Shown one piece after another: positions 10,089 to 19,337 of a DNA stretch of 63,379 nt (the stretch's first letter is position 1; each line of letters starts with the position of its first letter). The notes under the pieces are model-generated. The model was not told where the DNA came from, did not search any database, and saw only the letters and a list, made by a program, of their open reading frames with translations. Origin of the DNA: Opitutales bacterium (GTDB lineage Bacteria > Verrucomicrobiota > Verrucomicrobiia > Opitutales > UBA953); NCBI GenBank assembly GCA_040398005.1, contig JBBAUX010000001.1, forward strand, positions 163,490 through 226,868, in the 5' to 3' direction. A program made the translations under genes and the position numbers.

Positions 10089-10535
10089 TTAATTTATACT
10101 GAGAGTAAACTGATGGCCACCGTCCGCAAGGATGGTGGCTTTTAGTTTCCACAGTGAGCGAGGGAGTCGTGAGGCAACTTTCTCGGGCCATTCAACGATC
10201 ACATTCCAAGGGCTGACCGCTGAATCCCAAATCATTAAATCATCGAAGCTCGACGCTTGGGTGAGTCGATACGCATCGACATGAAAAATCATACGCTCAC
10301 CCTTATAAACATTGAGTAATGAGAAGGAGGGGCTGGTGATGTCTTCGGTGATGCCGAAGCCTTTCACGAGTCCGCGTACAAAGGTGGTTTTACCGACTCC
10401 TAGATTACCTTCCAGTGCGAGCGTGGTGTCGGCTGGAAGAAGCTGAGCAAATACTTGGGCTGCTTGTTCAGTGGCTTCACCTGAATGTGTGATGACGCCT
10501 TGAGTCCAGTCACTCAGTGTCTTCGGTGACTTCAT
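10089..10535 (-). CDS. tsaE: tRNA t6A biosynthesis ATPase TsaE
   Basis: GNLGVGKTTFVRG, ITSPSF, HVDAYRL, VEWPE. Confidence 0.93.
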   Translation of the reverse strand: MKSPKTLSDWTQGVITHSGEATEQAAQVFAQLLPADTTLALEGNLGVGKTTFVRGLVKGFGITEDITSPSFSLLNVYKGERMIFHVDAYRLTQASSFDDLMIWDSAVSPWNVIVEWPEKVASRLPRSLWKLKATILADGGHQFTLSIN

Positions 10536-11113
10536 GAATTGAAATCAACGAAACCTTGGGCCCACTTAACTCCGAAGACGGCAACGTTGCGCACCACGTG
10601 TCCAATCAAGCAGGGCAGGATGGATCGCTCGGGATTGAGCGGATTGTATCGTCCGAGGTATAACCAAACTGAAATAAAGAAAGTAGCGATGAGACTAATT
10701 CTTCCTTGGACGGAGCTAAAATCAAATCCGTGAATCGCACTAAAAATGAGCGAGCCGATGATAACTAGCCCAAGCAATTTGATGCCTCTTAACTGACTCG
10801 GTGCGACGAATCCTCGAAAGACCATTTCTTCAACGATGGCAGCGCCCAGGGTTGCTCCTAGAATATGTAAGTTAATGACCGACTGATTAGCAGTGACCTG
10901 AAAATGAATTTCGGCGCAGGTTTCTGCGACGGTCAACAGAAGGATACCTGAAACAGTGATGAGGATGCCTGAAATAGGGGCCCGCGTGGTGCCTGGCCAA
11001 AAGAGTTCAGGCCCTGGACTCTTGGTGCGTTTCCGGTATTCACTGAACCAAGCAAATGCGACTCCCAATCCAAGTATAAGATAAATAATATCTGATAATA
11101 ACTTGGTGCTCAT
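10532..11113 (-). CDS. CPBP (Abi/CAAX type II) intramembrane metalloprotease
   Basis: EEMVFRG, FSAIH and HVVRN motifs with TM helices. Confidence 0.82.
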   Translation of the reverse strand: MSTKLLSDIIYLILGLGVAFAWFSEYRKRTKSPGPELFWPGTTRAPISGILITVSGILLLTVAETCAEIHFQVTANQSVINLHILGATLGAAIVEEMVFRGFVAPSQLRGIKLLGLVIIGSLIFSAIHGFDFSSVQGRISLIATFFISVWLYLGRYNPLNPERSILPCLIGHVVRNVAVFGVKWAQGFVDFNS

Positions 11114-11119
11114 CGCGGT

Positions 11120-11974
11120 TTACGACAATCCGTCTTCTTTCAGGTACTTGTCGGTGATGATTTGAATTAAGTGATCGCGCGCTTCTTTAACCGAGTCGAC
11201 GTAGATATAAAGTCCACGGTCTTCCGGTGAGACCATGCCCCATTCGTGAAAGACTTCGAAGTCGGTCACGCGTTTCCAGAAATCAGAACCGTAAAGTAAG
11301 ATCGGGAAATATTTTTTAGTTTTACCGGTTTGAATCAGCGTCAACATTTCAAAGAGTTCATCAAAAGTGCCGAAGCCGCCAGGAAATGCGACGAGCGCTT
11401 TTGCCAAGTAAAGGAACCAATATTTACGGACGAAGAAGTAGTGGAATTCTAAATCTAATTCAGGTGTGACGTAAGGATTGTGCTCTTGTTCAAAGGGTAA
11501 AGCGATGCCTAGGCCAATGGAGCGACCATGCGCTTCTTTCGCTCCACGATTAGCGGCTTCCATAATTCCAGGTCCGCCACCTGAGCAAATAAAGAATCTC
11601 TGCCAATCAGGTAGACTCATCGACCACTGGGTCATCTCTTTGGATAATTCGCGACAGGCTTCGTAATAGGGTGCACTCTTTAAATTAATTTCAGCGAGGC
11701 GTAATCGGGCCTTGGCTTCGGAGGGACTGATTTCTCCCTTGGTGATAGCCACCCTCACATCTTCGAGTTCTTTTTGTGCGCGATCGATAGGGAGGGTACG
11801 TGCGGAGCCGAACATCACGACCGTGTTGCGTACGCCGTATTTTTTGAAGCGGTGGTAGGGCTCAGTGAGTTCGGCCATGACTCGCAGGGTCCGGGCCTGT
11901 GGGCTCAATAAAAATTCTTCATTTTGATAGGCCTTAACGGGGGTTGGTCGTAAGGGGGCTTTTTCTGGACTCAT
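11120..11974 (-). CDS. LOG family nucleotide monophosphate phosphoribohydrolase (TIGR00730-like)
   Basis: SGGGPGIMEAAN, YFFVRKYW, FPGGFGTFDE. Confidence 0.9.
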   Translation of the reverse strand: MSPEKAPLRPTPVKAYQNEEFLLSPQARTLRVMAELTEPYHRFKKYGVRNTVVMFGSARTLPIDRAQKELEDVRVAITKGEISPSEAKARLRLAEINLKSAPYYEACRELSKEMTQWSMSLPDWQRFFICSGGGPGIMEAANRGAKEAHGRSIGLGIALPFEQEHNPYVTPELDLEFHYFFVRKYWFLYLAKALVAFPGGFGTFDELFEMLTLIQTGKTKKYFPILLYGSDFWKRVTDFEVFHEWGMVSPEDRGLYIYVDSVKEARDHLIQIITDKYLKEDGLS

Positions 11975-12071
11975 ATTGCGGTATATTCAGTAATTTTAGC
12001 TATCTGCCAAGAAGGGAAGTGTGGGGCTTGACAGTTTTGGTGGGGTCTATTTGGGTAATGCATCTAAATTT

Positions 12072-12209
12072 ATGCATCCCACCTACCGTCCATCCAAGAT
12101 TTCCCGTGCCCGTAAGTGCGGTTTCCGTGCTCGTTCTAAGACCCCTGGTGGTCGCAAAGTTCTCGCCAATCGTCGCAAGATTGGTCGTAAGCGCCTCGGC
12201 GCATCTTAA
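12072..12209 (+). CDS. rpmH: 50S ribosomal protein L34
   Basis: [42 protein letters not shown] from ATG 12072. Confidence 0.95.
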   Translation: MHPTYRPSKISRARKCGFRARSKTPGGRKVLANRRKIGRKRLGAS

Positions 12210-12213
12210 TCGG

Positions 12214-12558
12214 ATGCGTCTCCCGCGGGAGCGTCGAATTCGTGCTTCAGCCGATTTCTCGCGTCTCCGCCAAAATGGCTTGCGGCTAGACTGCGGGCCT
12301 TTTCTTTTGAATCTTGGGCAGGGTCGATCCCCTGAAACAAAGGCAAGATTTGCCGTGGTCGTTGCCAAGAAGAGTATTCCTTTAGCCGTGAACCGAAATC
12401 GCGCGAAACGATTAGCCCGTGAGCTTTTTCGCAGTGATGCCGATCTTTTACCCGTTGGGTGGGAATGCGTTTTAATTGCTCGCCCCAGTATCCTCCGAAA
12501 ATCTTTTGCGAGCTTGGTAAAAATTTACAGCACCGCGATAAAATCGACAGTGAAATAG
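12214..12558 (+). CDS. rnpA: Ribonuclease P protein component
   Basis: MRLPRERRI start, AVNRNRAKR (RNR motif), position after rpmH. The longer listed ORF start overlaps rpmH. Confidence 0.9.
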   Translation: MRLPRERRIRASADFSRLRQNGLRLDCGPFLLNLGQGRSPETKARFAVVVAKKSIPLAVNRNRAKRLARELFRSDADLLPVGWECVLIARPSILRKSFASLVKIYSTAIKSTVK

Positions 12559-12559
12559 T

Positions 12560-12814
12560 ATGATGAATCGACTTCGCAGCAGCGTGGTTTGGTTGGCCTT
12601 GCAGCCGATTTATTTTTATCAGCGGTTTGTTTCAAAACCGTTACATTGGTTGATCCCTGGTTCGGGTTGCAGATTTCACCCAAGTTGCTCCGCGTATGCG
12701 GTAATTGCCCTAAAAAGACATGGTTTTTTCAAGGGCTCATGGCTTTCCATCAAGCGCATTGTACGGTGTAATCCGGCGGGTGGTTCGGGCGTTGACGAAG
12801 TTCCGCCAACCTAA
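12560..12814 (+). CDS. yidD: Membrane protein insertion efficiency factor YidD
   Basis: [29 protein letters not shown]. Confidence 0.93.
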   Translation: MMNRLRSSVVWLALQPIYFYQRFVSKPLHWLIPGSGCRFHPSCSAYAVIALKRHGFFKGSWLSIKRIVRCNPAGGSGVDEVPPT

Positions 12815-12865
12815 ATAAATAGTTGGTATTACGGTTAGTTTAAGCTGCCCCCATCAAATTTGAAT

Positions 12866-14881
12866 ATGCAAAATTTCCTTCTTAAAAAAATACGCTCACG
12901 GCAGGGTGGAGCTTGGTTATTAGCCTTAACGTATATTATTTTAGGGACCGTCCTACGCCTAGGTTTTCTAGTGGTCTCGGCCAAGGAAGTCACTTGGTCA
13001 TGGACGACTGCTCTAGCACTCCTGATTGGGTTTATTTCCGACATCGCGATGGCCGGCTTTTTTGCCATCCCCTTTGCGTTCATCAGTAGCTTTTGTAAGT
13101 CCGAACGTTTTCGTCTATTTTTAATTCCTCTTTGGTGTTTTGGCGTTTTTCTTTTCACCTTCTGGAAAATTTCGGAAATTCTTTTTTGGGAAGAGTTCGC
13201 GGTGCGTTTCAACTTTATTGCCGTTGATTATTTAGTTTATACCAGCGAAGTGGTTAAAAATATTCGCGAGTCATATAATATGCCGCTGATTTTCGCTGCG
13301 GTATTTTCCTTGGCAGCCGGGTTTTATTTCCTCTGGCGTAAATGTGGCTATACTAAGCTTTGGTCGGGCGGAGTAGCTGAAGATTGTACGCCCCGTTGGC
13401 GTACCCCTCTATTTCTGGCTATCCCTATCCTCCTTATTCCAACCTTCAGCTATTTTGTTGGAAAACATGACCTCAAGAAATCCTCCGAGGCTGATTCGAG
13501 CTTCGGCGAGCGCGTCGTGGCAGGACTACGTCACATGGGCGATATTCAACCTCACTTCGCCAATAGTTATGAGACCGAAATCGCCAAGAATGGTGAGTAT
13601 TCATTCTTAGCAGCCTTTTGGGCCAATCAATTAGACTGGCGCCAATTTTATCCTTCACGTGAAAACGCCCCCGCTGCCTTGCGCAAAATTTTGACCTCCG
13701 AAGTTAATGAGAGTAAGAAAGCAGATATCACGCGCGAAATCAAAGCGGCTGGTTCGGCTCAAAAATATAATGTGATTCAGATAACGGTCGAAAGTCTCAG
13801 CGCTGAATTTTTAAATTGTTACGGAACTGAACCGTATGCCACACAAAAATTAACCCCCAACCTGGATCGTATTTCTCGGGAGTCGTTATGGTTCCGACAT
13901 TGCTACGCCGGTGGAACACGTACGGTGCGCGGCATGGAGGCTTTAACCTTATCGATTCCACCTATTCCTGGTCAGTCCGTCTTACGCCGTCGGGGCTGCG
14001 AAAACTTAACCACCTTGGGTTCGGTTCTTAATCAACAGGGTTATGATTCAGCCTTTATTTACGGGGGTGATGGCTTCTTCGACAACATGAACTATTTCTT
14101 CTCCACCAACGGCTATCGCGTGGTAGATTTACCTCGTCAATTAGCCGCCGGTAAGAAAACCACCTTCGAAAATGCTTGGGGCGCTTGCGATGAAGATGCG
14201 TTTAATTGGTCGCTCGACGAAGCAGATAAATCCTTCGCCGCCGGTAAATCTTTTCATCATTTCATTATGACCACTTCGAACCACCGGCCCTATACCTGGC
14301 CGAATGGTAAGATTGATCCTAAGTTACAAAATCGCGAAGGCGGGGTTGCTTATACCGATTTTGCCATCGGTGCTTTCCTAAAGGCAGCCGAATCGAAACC
14401 ATGGTTTAAAAATACGGTATTTGTCATCGTCGCCGATCACTGTGCGTCGGTCGCCGGTAAGCAAGAATTGGAAATCAGAAAATATGAAATTCCACTCTTC
14501 ATTTGGGCTCCGGGATTAGTTAAGTCGCAAGTGTTTGAGCCAATGATGAGCCAGATTGATACCGCTCCAACACTCTTGGGCTTAATGAATATTTCTTACA
14601 CCTCGCGTTTTGTGGGTGCCGATGTGATGAAGCCCGATTATCAACCCCGTGCCTTCATCAGTAACTATCAAAAGGTCGCGGTCCTTCGTCCTAATGGCCT
14701 CTTAACCGTGCTTAAGCCAGTGCGCCAAGTTCAACAATACTGGGCTGATTTAGGTACAGGTAGCTTGAAGGTTATCGAAAAAGATAAAATGAATTCGGAG
14801 GCCGCCGATGAAGCCTTACGCTATTATCAAGGCACCGATGAACTCTTTAATCATGGCGGATTACTCAACCCAGCCCACTAA
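12866..14881 (+). CDS. LTA synthase family / phosphoglycerol transferase (sulfatase-fold membrane protein)
   Basis: N-terminal TM block with RFNFIAVDYLVY, ITVESLS, catalytic GTRTVRG, TTSNHRPY, VADH. The start could also be TTG 12860. Confidence 0.88.
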   Translation: MQNFLLKKIRSRQGGAWLLALTYIILGTVLRLGFLVVSAKEVTWSWTTALALLIGFISDIAMAGFFAIPFAFISSFCKSERFRLFLIPLWCFGVFLFTFWKISEILFWEEFAVRFNFIAVDYLVYTSEVVKNIRESYNMPLIFAAVFSLAAGFYFLWRKCGYTKLWSGGVAEDCTPRWRTPLFLAIPILLIPTFSYFVGKHDLKKSSEADSSFGERVVAGLRHMGDIQPHFANSYETEIAKNGEYSFLAAFWANQLDWRQFYPSRENAPAALRKILTSEVNESKKADITREIKAAGSAQKYNVIQITVESLSAEFLNCYGTEPYATQKLTPNLDRISRESLWFRHCYAGGTRTVRGMEALTLSIPPIPGQSVLRRRGCENLTTLGSVLNQQGYDSAFIYGGDGFFDNMNYFFSTNGYRVVDLPRQLAAGKKTTFENAWGACDEDAFNWSLDEADKSFAAGKSFHHFIMTTSNHRPYTWPNGKIDPKLQNREGGVAYTDFAIGAFLKAAESKPWFKNTVFVIVADHCASVAGKQELEIRKYEIPLFIWAPGLVKSQVFEPMMSQIDTAPTLLGLMNISYTSRFVGADVMKPDYQPRAFISNYQKVAVLRPNGLLTVLKPVRQVQQYWADLGTGSLKVIEKDKMNSEAADEALRYYQGTDELFNHGGLLNPAH

Positions 14882-15548
14882 TCTTAAGCGACTCATCGCT
14901 CCGGTATTATTTTTAGCCGGCGTCGTTGTCTTTTTTGGTTTCCCTTTCGCCCCAGGAGAAAAAGTTGATTTCTGGTTTCAGTCTTTTTTCTGGAATGGCA
15001 AAGCTTGGCTCATCCCTCACGGTAATCCCTTAGGCAAAATCATCGCCTATGATGGACCTAAGGCGCTGCTCATTTTATTCGCAGTGTATTTATTAGTAAT
15101 TATTTTATTACCCAAGTGTGCACCGCGTTGGATGAATCGCCGCCAAGCCATTTATGTTTTTGTATCGATCGCGCTGATTTCAGTTACCTCCACCCAGATA
15201 CGCGCGGTAACAAACATGGCTACGCCCTTGGAACTCACCCGCTATGGTGGAACTTTTCCGCACTTATTATTATTTCAGCTCAAGCCAGTAGGGTATCCCT
15301 GCCATGCATTTCCTGCGGGGCACGCCAGTGGAGGCCTGGCCTTGATCAGTTTATACTGGGCTTGGTCTAATCAGCCTTATCGGAAGCTCGGACTTTGGAT
15401 TGGCTTAGGTCTCGGCGGTTTCATGGGCCTGTATCAAATCGCCCGCGGTGAGCATTTCCTTTCACACACCTTGGCGACATTGGGCCTTGCTTGGTTGCTT
15501 TCGGTGCTGCTCGCCTTGGCAATTAAGCCCACTGAAACTTCTGCTTAA
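14853..15548 (+). CDS. PAP2 family membrane phosphatase
   Basis: FPAGHAS and QIARGEHFLSH motifs with TM helices. Start uncertain. Confidence 0.85.
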   Translation: MADYSTQPTNLKRLIAPVLFLAGVVVFFGFPFAPGEKVDFWFQSFFWNGKAWLIPHGNPLGKIIAYDGPKALLILFAVYLLVIILLPKCAPRWMNRRQAIYVFVSIALISVTSTQIRAVTNMATPLELTRYGGTFPHLLLFQLKPVGYPCHAFPAGHASGGLALISLYWAWSNQPYRKLGLWIGLGLGGFMGLYQIARGEHFLSHTLATLGLAWLLSVLLALAIKPTETSA

Positions 15549-16318
15549 TTGTTGGACCAGTTAACGATATTGTCTGCTCGCTGGAATGAGGGAGGGCTGT
15601 TCGTGTCGTCGTTAAAGTAAGTGGTCGTGATGGTACCTGACTTAGGCATGTCCGTACCGTCCCAGTATTCTACATCATCGGGTACTCCCTCTGTAGTGGG
15701 TTCAACGTAATTGGCTCCGCATGAAACTAGAAGGAAACCAGGATATTTCCACGTACCATAAGTTGTTTCGTAGGCGCCAGTGGTTAAATTTTGAATGGGA
15801 GTAGTGTCTCCAGGTAGAACGCGATAGCGATAGTCGTAAGCATTACCCCAAGGATCGCGGAATTCGTAAGCTTTCGTCCAATCAACCAGCCCGAGAGATT
15901 TATCATCGTTCGATGTGACCACGCCATCGCTTAAGAAAGGTTTCATTTTACGATTACTTCCCCCAGGTAACTTCGCGTCGGTATAATTGAGTAACTGAAC
16001 GGCATTTCCACCGTAGGATAGATTTACGCTATAAATTCTTTTACGCCCCGTCATTTGGTCGAAGAAGTCTTTACGGAATTGTGCGCCGTTAGTCTTAGCT
16101 GCGGTTGAACCGCACGGATAATCACCATAAGTTTTACGATACACTTCGCAGGCCATGCTCAGACCTTGGATTTCACCGCGGGCCTTGGCCTTATTATTAC
16201 CATTTCTAGCCGCTTTGAAGAGGCTAAACATGAGCGTGCTGAGAATGCCAATGACAGCAATCACCAGCAAAATTTCGATGAGGGTGAAACCGCGACGGGC
16301 AAGGGAGCGTGGGGACAT
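15545..16318 (-). CDS. Prepilin-type N-terminal cleavage/methylation protein (type II secretion GspG-like pseudopilin)
   Basis: RRG|FTLIEILLVIAVIGIL and DPWGNAYDY. Confidence 0.88.
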   Translation of the reverse strand: MSPRSLARRGFTLIEILLVIAVIGILSTLMFSLFKAARNGNNKAKARGEIQGLSMACEVYRKTYGDYPCGSTAAKTNGAQFRKDFFDQMTGRKRIYSVNLSYGGNAVQLLNYTDAKLPGGSNRKMKPFLSDGVVTSNDDKSLGLVDWTKAYEFRDPWGNAYDYRYRVLPGDTTPIQNLTTGAYETTYGTWKYPGFLLVSCGANYVEPTTEGVPDDVEYWDGTDMPKSGTITTTYFNDDTNSPPSFQRADNIVNWSNN

Positions 16319-16333
16319 AGGGTAATTTATAAA

Positions 16334-16708
16334 TTAAATATGGCGGGAATCATTTTCGTCTTTTTTGACGTAGCCGGAATCTTGGCGCTGATGATTCACC
16401 GCATTCTTTTTTAAGTAAGCCTGGTAAACATCTTCGGCGGACATTCCTAAGACTTGAGCAATCGAAATGAGAAAGTGAAACAGATCAATGACTTCCACGC
16501 GGGCGTTTTGTTCGTCGAACTTCTGATACTTCGCCCACCACTTCCAAGGCACCGAGTCCGTTAACTCAGCCATCTCTTGCTGCATGGCGCGGAGGTAGTT
16601 GAGCGTCCATTTGATTTTCTCTTCCTCAGTCATGCCTTCCGTGATCACCCCAATGCGCTTATTGAGTTCGGATTGCATTCTGAAGATTTCCTCGAATTTA
16701 TCAGCCAT
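16334..16708 (-). CDS. Dimeric (all-alpha) dUTPase
   Basis: EMAELTDSVPWKWW, RVEVIDLFHFLIS, YLKKNAVNHQRQDSGY. Start at ATG 16708 (MADKF). Confidence 0.87.
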   Translation of the reverse strand: MADKFEEIFRMQSELNKRIGVITEGMTEEEKIKWTLNYLRAMQQEMAELTDSVPWKWWAKYQKFDEQNARVEVIDLFHFLISIAQVLGMSAEDVYQAYLKKNAVNHQRQDSGYVKKDENDSRHI

Positions 16709-16808
16709 AAGCTCATCAAACGGTCTTAAGGGTCGGGGGCAACCCTGTATGCGTGGCTCCTCGCTAATTCGTCTTTGCAGATTCGCTAGAGTATGCCTTG
16801 CTCTGGGT

Positions 16809-19337
16809 GTGCTGTCCGTCCCGCCCATCAAACAATTAAGAAAACCCGAGGTTCTAGCCCCCGCGGGTGAGTGGGATTGTGCAAAAGCAGCGGTCGAGAA
16901 TGGCGCCGATGCAATATTTTTTGGCGTGGGTCGATTCAACGCCCGCGTTCGTGCCCATAATTTTGAAGAGGCCGACTTACCCTCGCTCATGACCTACCTG
17001 CACGGTCGTGGAGTCAAAGGGTATGTTACTTTTAATACCCTTATTTTTCCTGATGAACTCGCCGAAGCCTCCCGTATGCTTCGCACGATCATCGCTTCAG
17101 GGGTAGATGCCGCGATTGTGCAGGACGCCGGCATTTGTCGTTTGATCAGAAAAATATCACCTGACTTTCCTATCCACGCTTCGACCCAGATGACGGTGAC
17201 GAGTGCGGAAGGTGCGCAATTCGCTAAAGACTTAGGTGCATCCCTCGCCGTTTTGGGTCGCGAGGTTTCGATTCCTGAAATGCAAAAAATGCAGACGGAA
17301 TTATCGGTCAAAAATACGTCGCTCGATTTAGAAGTCTTTGTGCATGGTGCACTTTGCGTAGCGTATTCGGGTCAATGTCTCACGAGTGAATCGCTCGGCG
17401 GTCGTTCAGCGAATCGCGGTGAATGTGCGCAAGCTTGTCGTATGCCCTACGAACTAGTCGTGGATGGTGTGGTCAAAGACTTGGGCGATCGCGCTTATTT
17501 ACTGTCACCTCAAGATCTTGCGGGAATCGAAGTAGTTCCTGATTTAATTCGTGCGGGAATAAAATCTTTAAAAATTGAAGGACGTCTCAAATCACCCGAA
17601 TACGTCGCAGCGATTACGCGCGCGTACCGTCGCGCGGTCGACGCCGCTTGGGCAGCCCTACAAACGGGACAAAATGCTGACCAAGCTGCTCATCGCATTA
17701 ATACCGAAGAAGAGTATGCGATGCAGATGACTTTCTCGCGCGGACTTTATAGCGGCTGGCTTCGCGGAATTGATAATCAGAATTTAGTCCACGCACGATT
17801 TGGAAAAAAACGGGGAGCGTATTTGGGACAAGTGGTTGATGTGTCGACGAATGGAGTTACTTTAAAATTACAAGGACCCCTGAAACCGGGTGATGGTGTG
17901 GTTTTCGACCAAGGAAAACCAGCGGAACGCGAACAGGGTGGTTTCGTGCATGGTCTGGAACCCGCACGAGGTGACTTAACTTTTGTGAGATTCGGACGCG
18001 AAGATGTCGACTGGTCACAAGTCGCCCCGGGTGCGCTACTGTGGAAAACTAAAGATCAAGAACTCGATAAACGATTGCACGATTCCTGGGACCGTGAGCG
18101 TCCTAACTTTCGTCGACCCATTTCCGCCAAAGTCATTGGTCGATTGAATCACCCGTTGCGCATTGAGCTTAATGATGGTGAAGGTCACGTGGTTTCGGCG
18201 GATTCGACGATGCCTTGCGTCGCCGCAGAGAAGCGTCCTTTAGCTCAGGAATTATTGCAGGAGCAACTGGGTCGATTAGGTGAGACCGGTTTAGAACTTA
18301 CGGAATTAAAATTAGACTTAGAGGGCTCGTTGATTGTACCGATGAGTGAAATTAATCGCATCCGCCGCGATTTAATCGAACGCTTAACGGAACTCCGCGA
18401 ACAAAGTCCTAAATGGAAATTAAATTCGTTTAGTGAAGAAGCTTATACCGTAGAAAAAGGCACCGAGAAATCGACTACTCGCCCTGAAATTATTACCGTC
18501 ATTCGTGAGCCCGAGCAACTTGAGCCAGCTTTGCAATGGGGCGCACGTGTGATTTACGCCGAATTTGAAGATCCGAAAAAATTCCGTGCTGCGGTCGCCC
18601 GTGTGCGCGAGTTCGAAAACGAAACGGGAAAGAAATGCGAGTTCTGGGCCATGGGTCCACGCATCCATAAAGAGGGTGAGGATCGCCTTACTGAAATAGT
18701 TTTATCCTCCAATGCTGATGGCTACTTGGTGCGTAATCATGATAATTTAAAAGCCTTTGCCGGACATCGTCGCCGCGGAGATTTTTCACTAAATATCGCC
18801 AATGGACTGACCGCTGAATGGTTGGTGAGTCACCATGGACTTGAAGGAGTCACCGCCTCGTACGACTTAGATATAAATCAGTTAACGGCCCTCATTAAAT
18901 CGGCTCCTGCTGAGTGGTTTGAAGTTACCCTACACCAACACATGCCGATGTTCCACATGGAGCACTGCGTTTTTTGTGCTTTTATGTCGAAAGGTAAAGA
19001 CTACCGCGATTGTGGTCGTCCCTGCGATAAGCATCGAGTGAAGTTGCGCGATCGCGTGGGCGCCGAACATATTTTGAAAGCCGACGCTGGCTGCCGTAAC
19101 ACGCTATATAATTCGAGGGCACAAACGGGGGCTGAATACATGGGCGATTTATTAGCTCTCGGGGTAAAACGATTCCGTATCGAATTTGTTGATGAAAATG
19201 CTACCACCGTCACGCAGACGCTTGAAAAATATCAATCATTACTCGACGGAAAGATTACCGGTACCGAACTGTGGAATGATTTAAAAGTTTTAAATCAGTT
19301 AGGTGTAACGCGTGGGACACTGCGCGCAAAAATCTAA
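16809..19337 (+). CDS. U32 peptidase family protein, RlhA-like rRNA hydroxylase with DUF3656
   Basis: PEVLAPAG, HASTQ, EVFVHGALCVAYSGQC..NRGECAQACR (Fe-S Cys), KIEGRLKS. Start uncertain; GTG 16809 chosen. Confidence 0.87.
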   Translation: MLSVPPIKQLRKPEVLAPAGEWDCAKAAVENGADAIFFGVGRFNARVRAHNFEEADLPSLMTYLHGRGVKGYVTFNTLIFPDELAEASRMLRTIIASGVDAAIVQDAGICRLIRKISPDFPIHASTQMTVTSAEGAQFAKDLGASLAVLGREVSIPEMQKMQTELSVKNTSLDLEVFVHGALCVAYSGQCLTSESLGGRSANRGECAQACRMPYELVVDGVVKDLGDRAYLLSPQDLAGIEVVPDLIRAGIKSLKIEGRLKSPEYVAAITRAYRRAVDAAWAALQTGQNADQAAHRINTEEEYAMQMTFSRGLYSGWLRGIDNQNLVHARFGKKRGAYLGQVVDVSTNGVTLKLQGPLKPGDGVVFDQGKPAEREQGGFVHGLEPARGDLTFVRFGREDVDWSQVAPGALLWKTKDQELDKRLHDSWDRERPNFRRPISAKVIGRLNHPLRIELNDGEGHVVSADSTMPCVAAEKRPLAQELLQEQLGRLGETGLELTELKLDLEGSLIVPMSEINRIRRDLIERLTELREQSPKWKLNSFSEEAYTVEKGTEKSTTRPEIITVIREPEQLEPALQWGARVIYAEFEDPKKFRAAVARVREFENETGKKCEFWAMGPRIHKEGEDRLTEIVLSSNADGYLVRNHDNLKAFAGHRRRGDFSLNIANGLTAEWLVSHHGLEGVTASYDLDINQLTALIKSAPAEWFEVTLHQHMPMFHMEHCVFCAFMSKGKDYRDCGRPCDKHRVKLRDRVGAEHILKADAGCRNTLYNSRAQTGAEYMGDLLALGVKRFRIEFVDENATTVTQTLEKYQSLLDGKITGTELWNDLKVLNQLGVTRGTLRAKI

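Noticed and set aside
11944..12213. N-terminally extended RnpA (204-aa ORF), and long 5' extensions of the U32 and dUTPase ORFs at 16599-16990
   Set aside because: The extensions overlap rpmH or the divergent partner gene and lack family features; shorter starts were chosen.
12826..12846. PmrA/ColR-like direct repeat (ATTACG-N5-TTTAAG) upstream of the LTA-synthase gene
   Set aside because: Too degenerate in AT-rich sequence to support.
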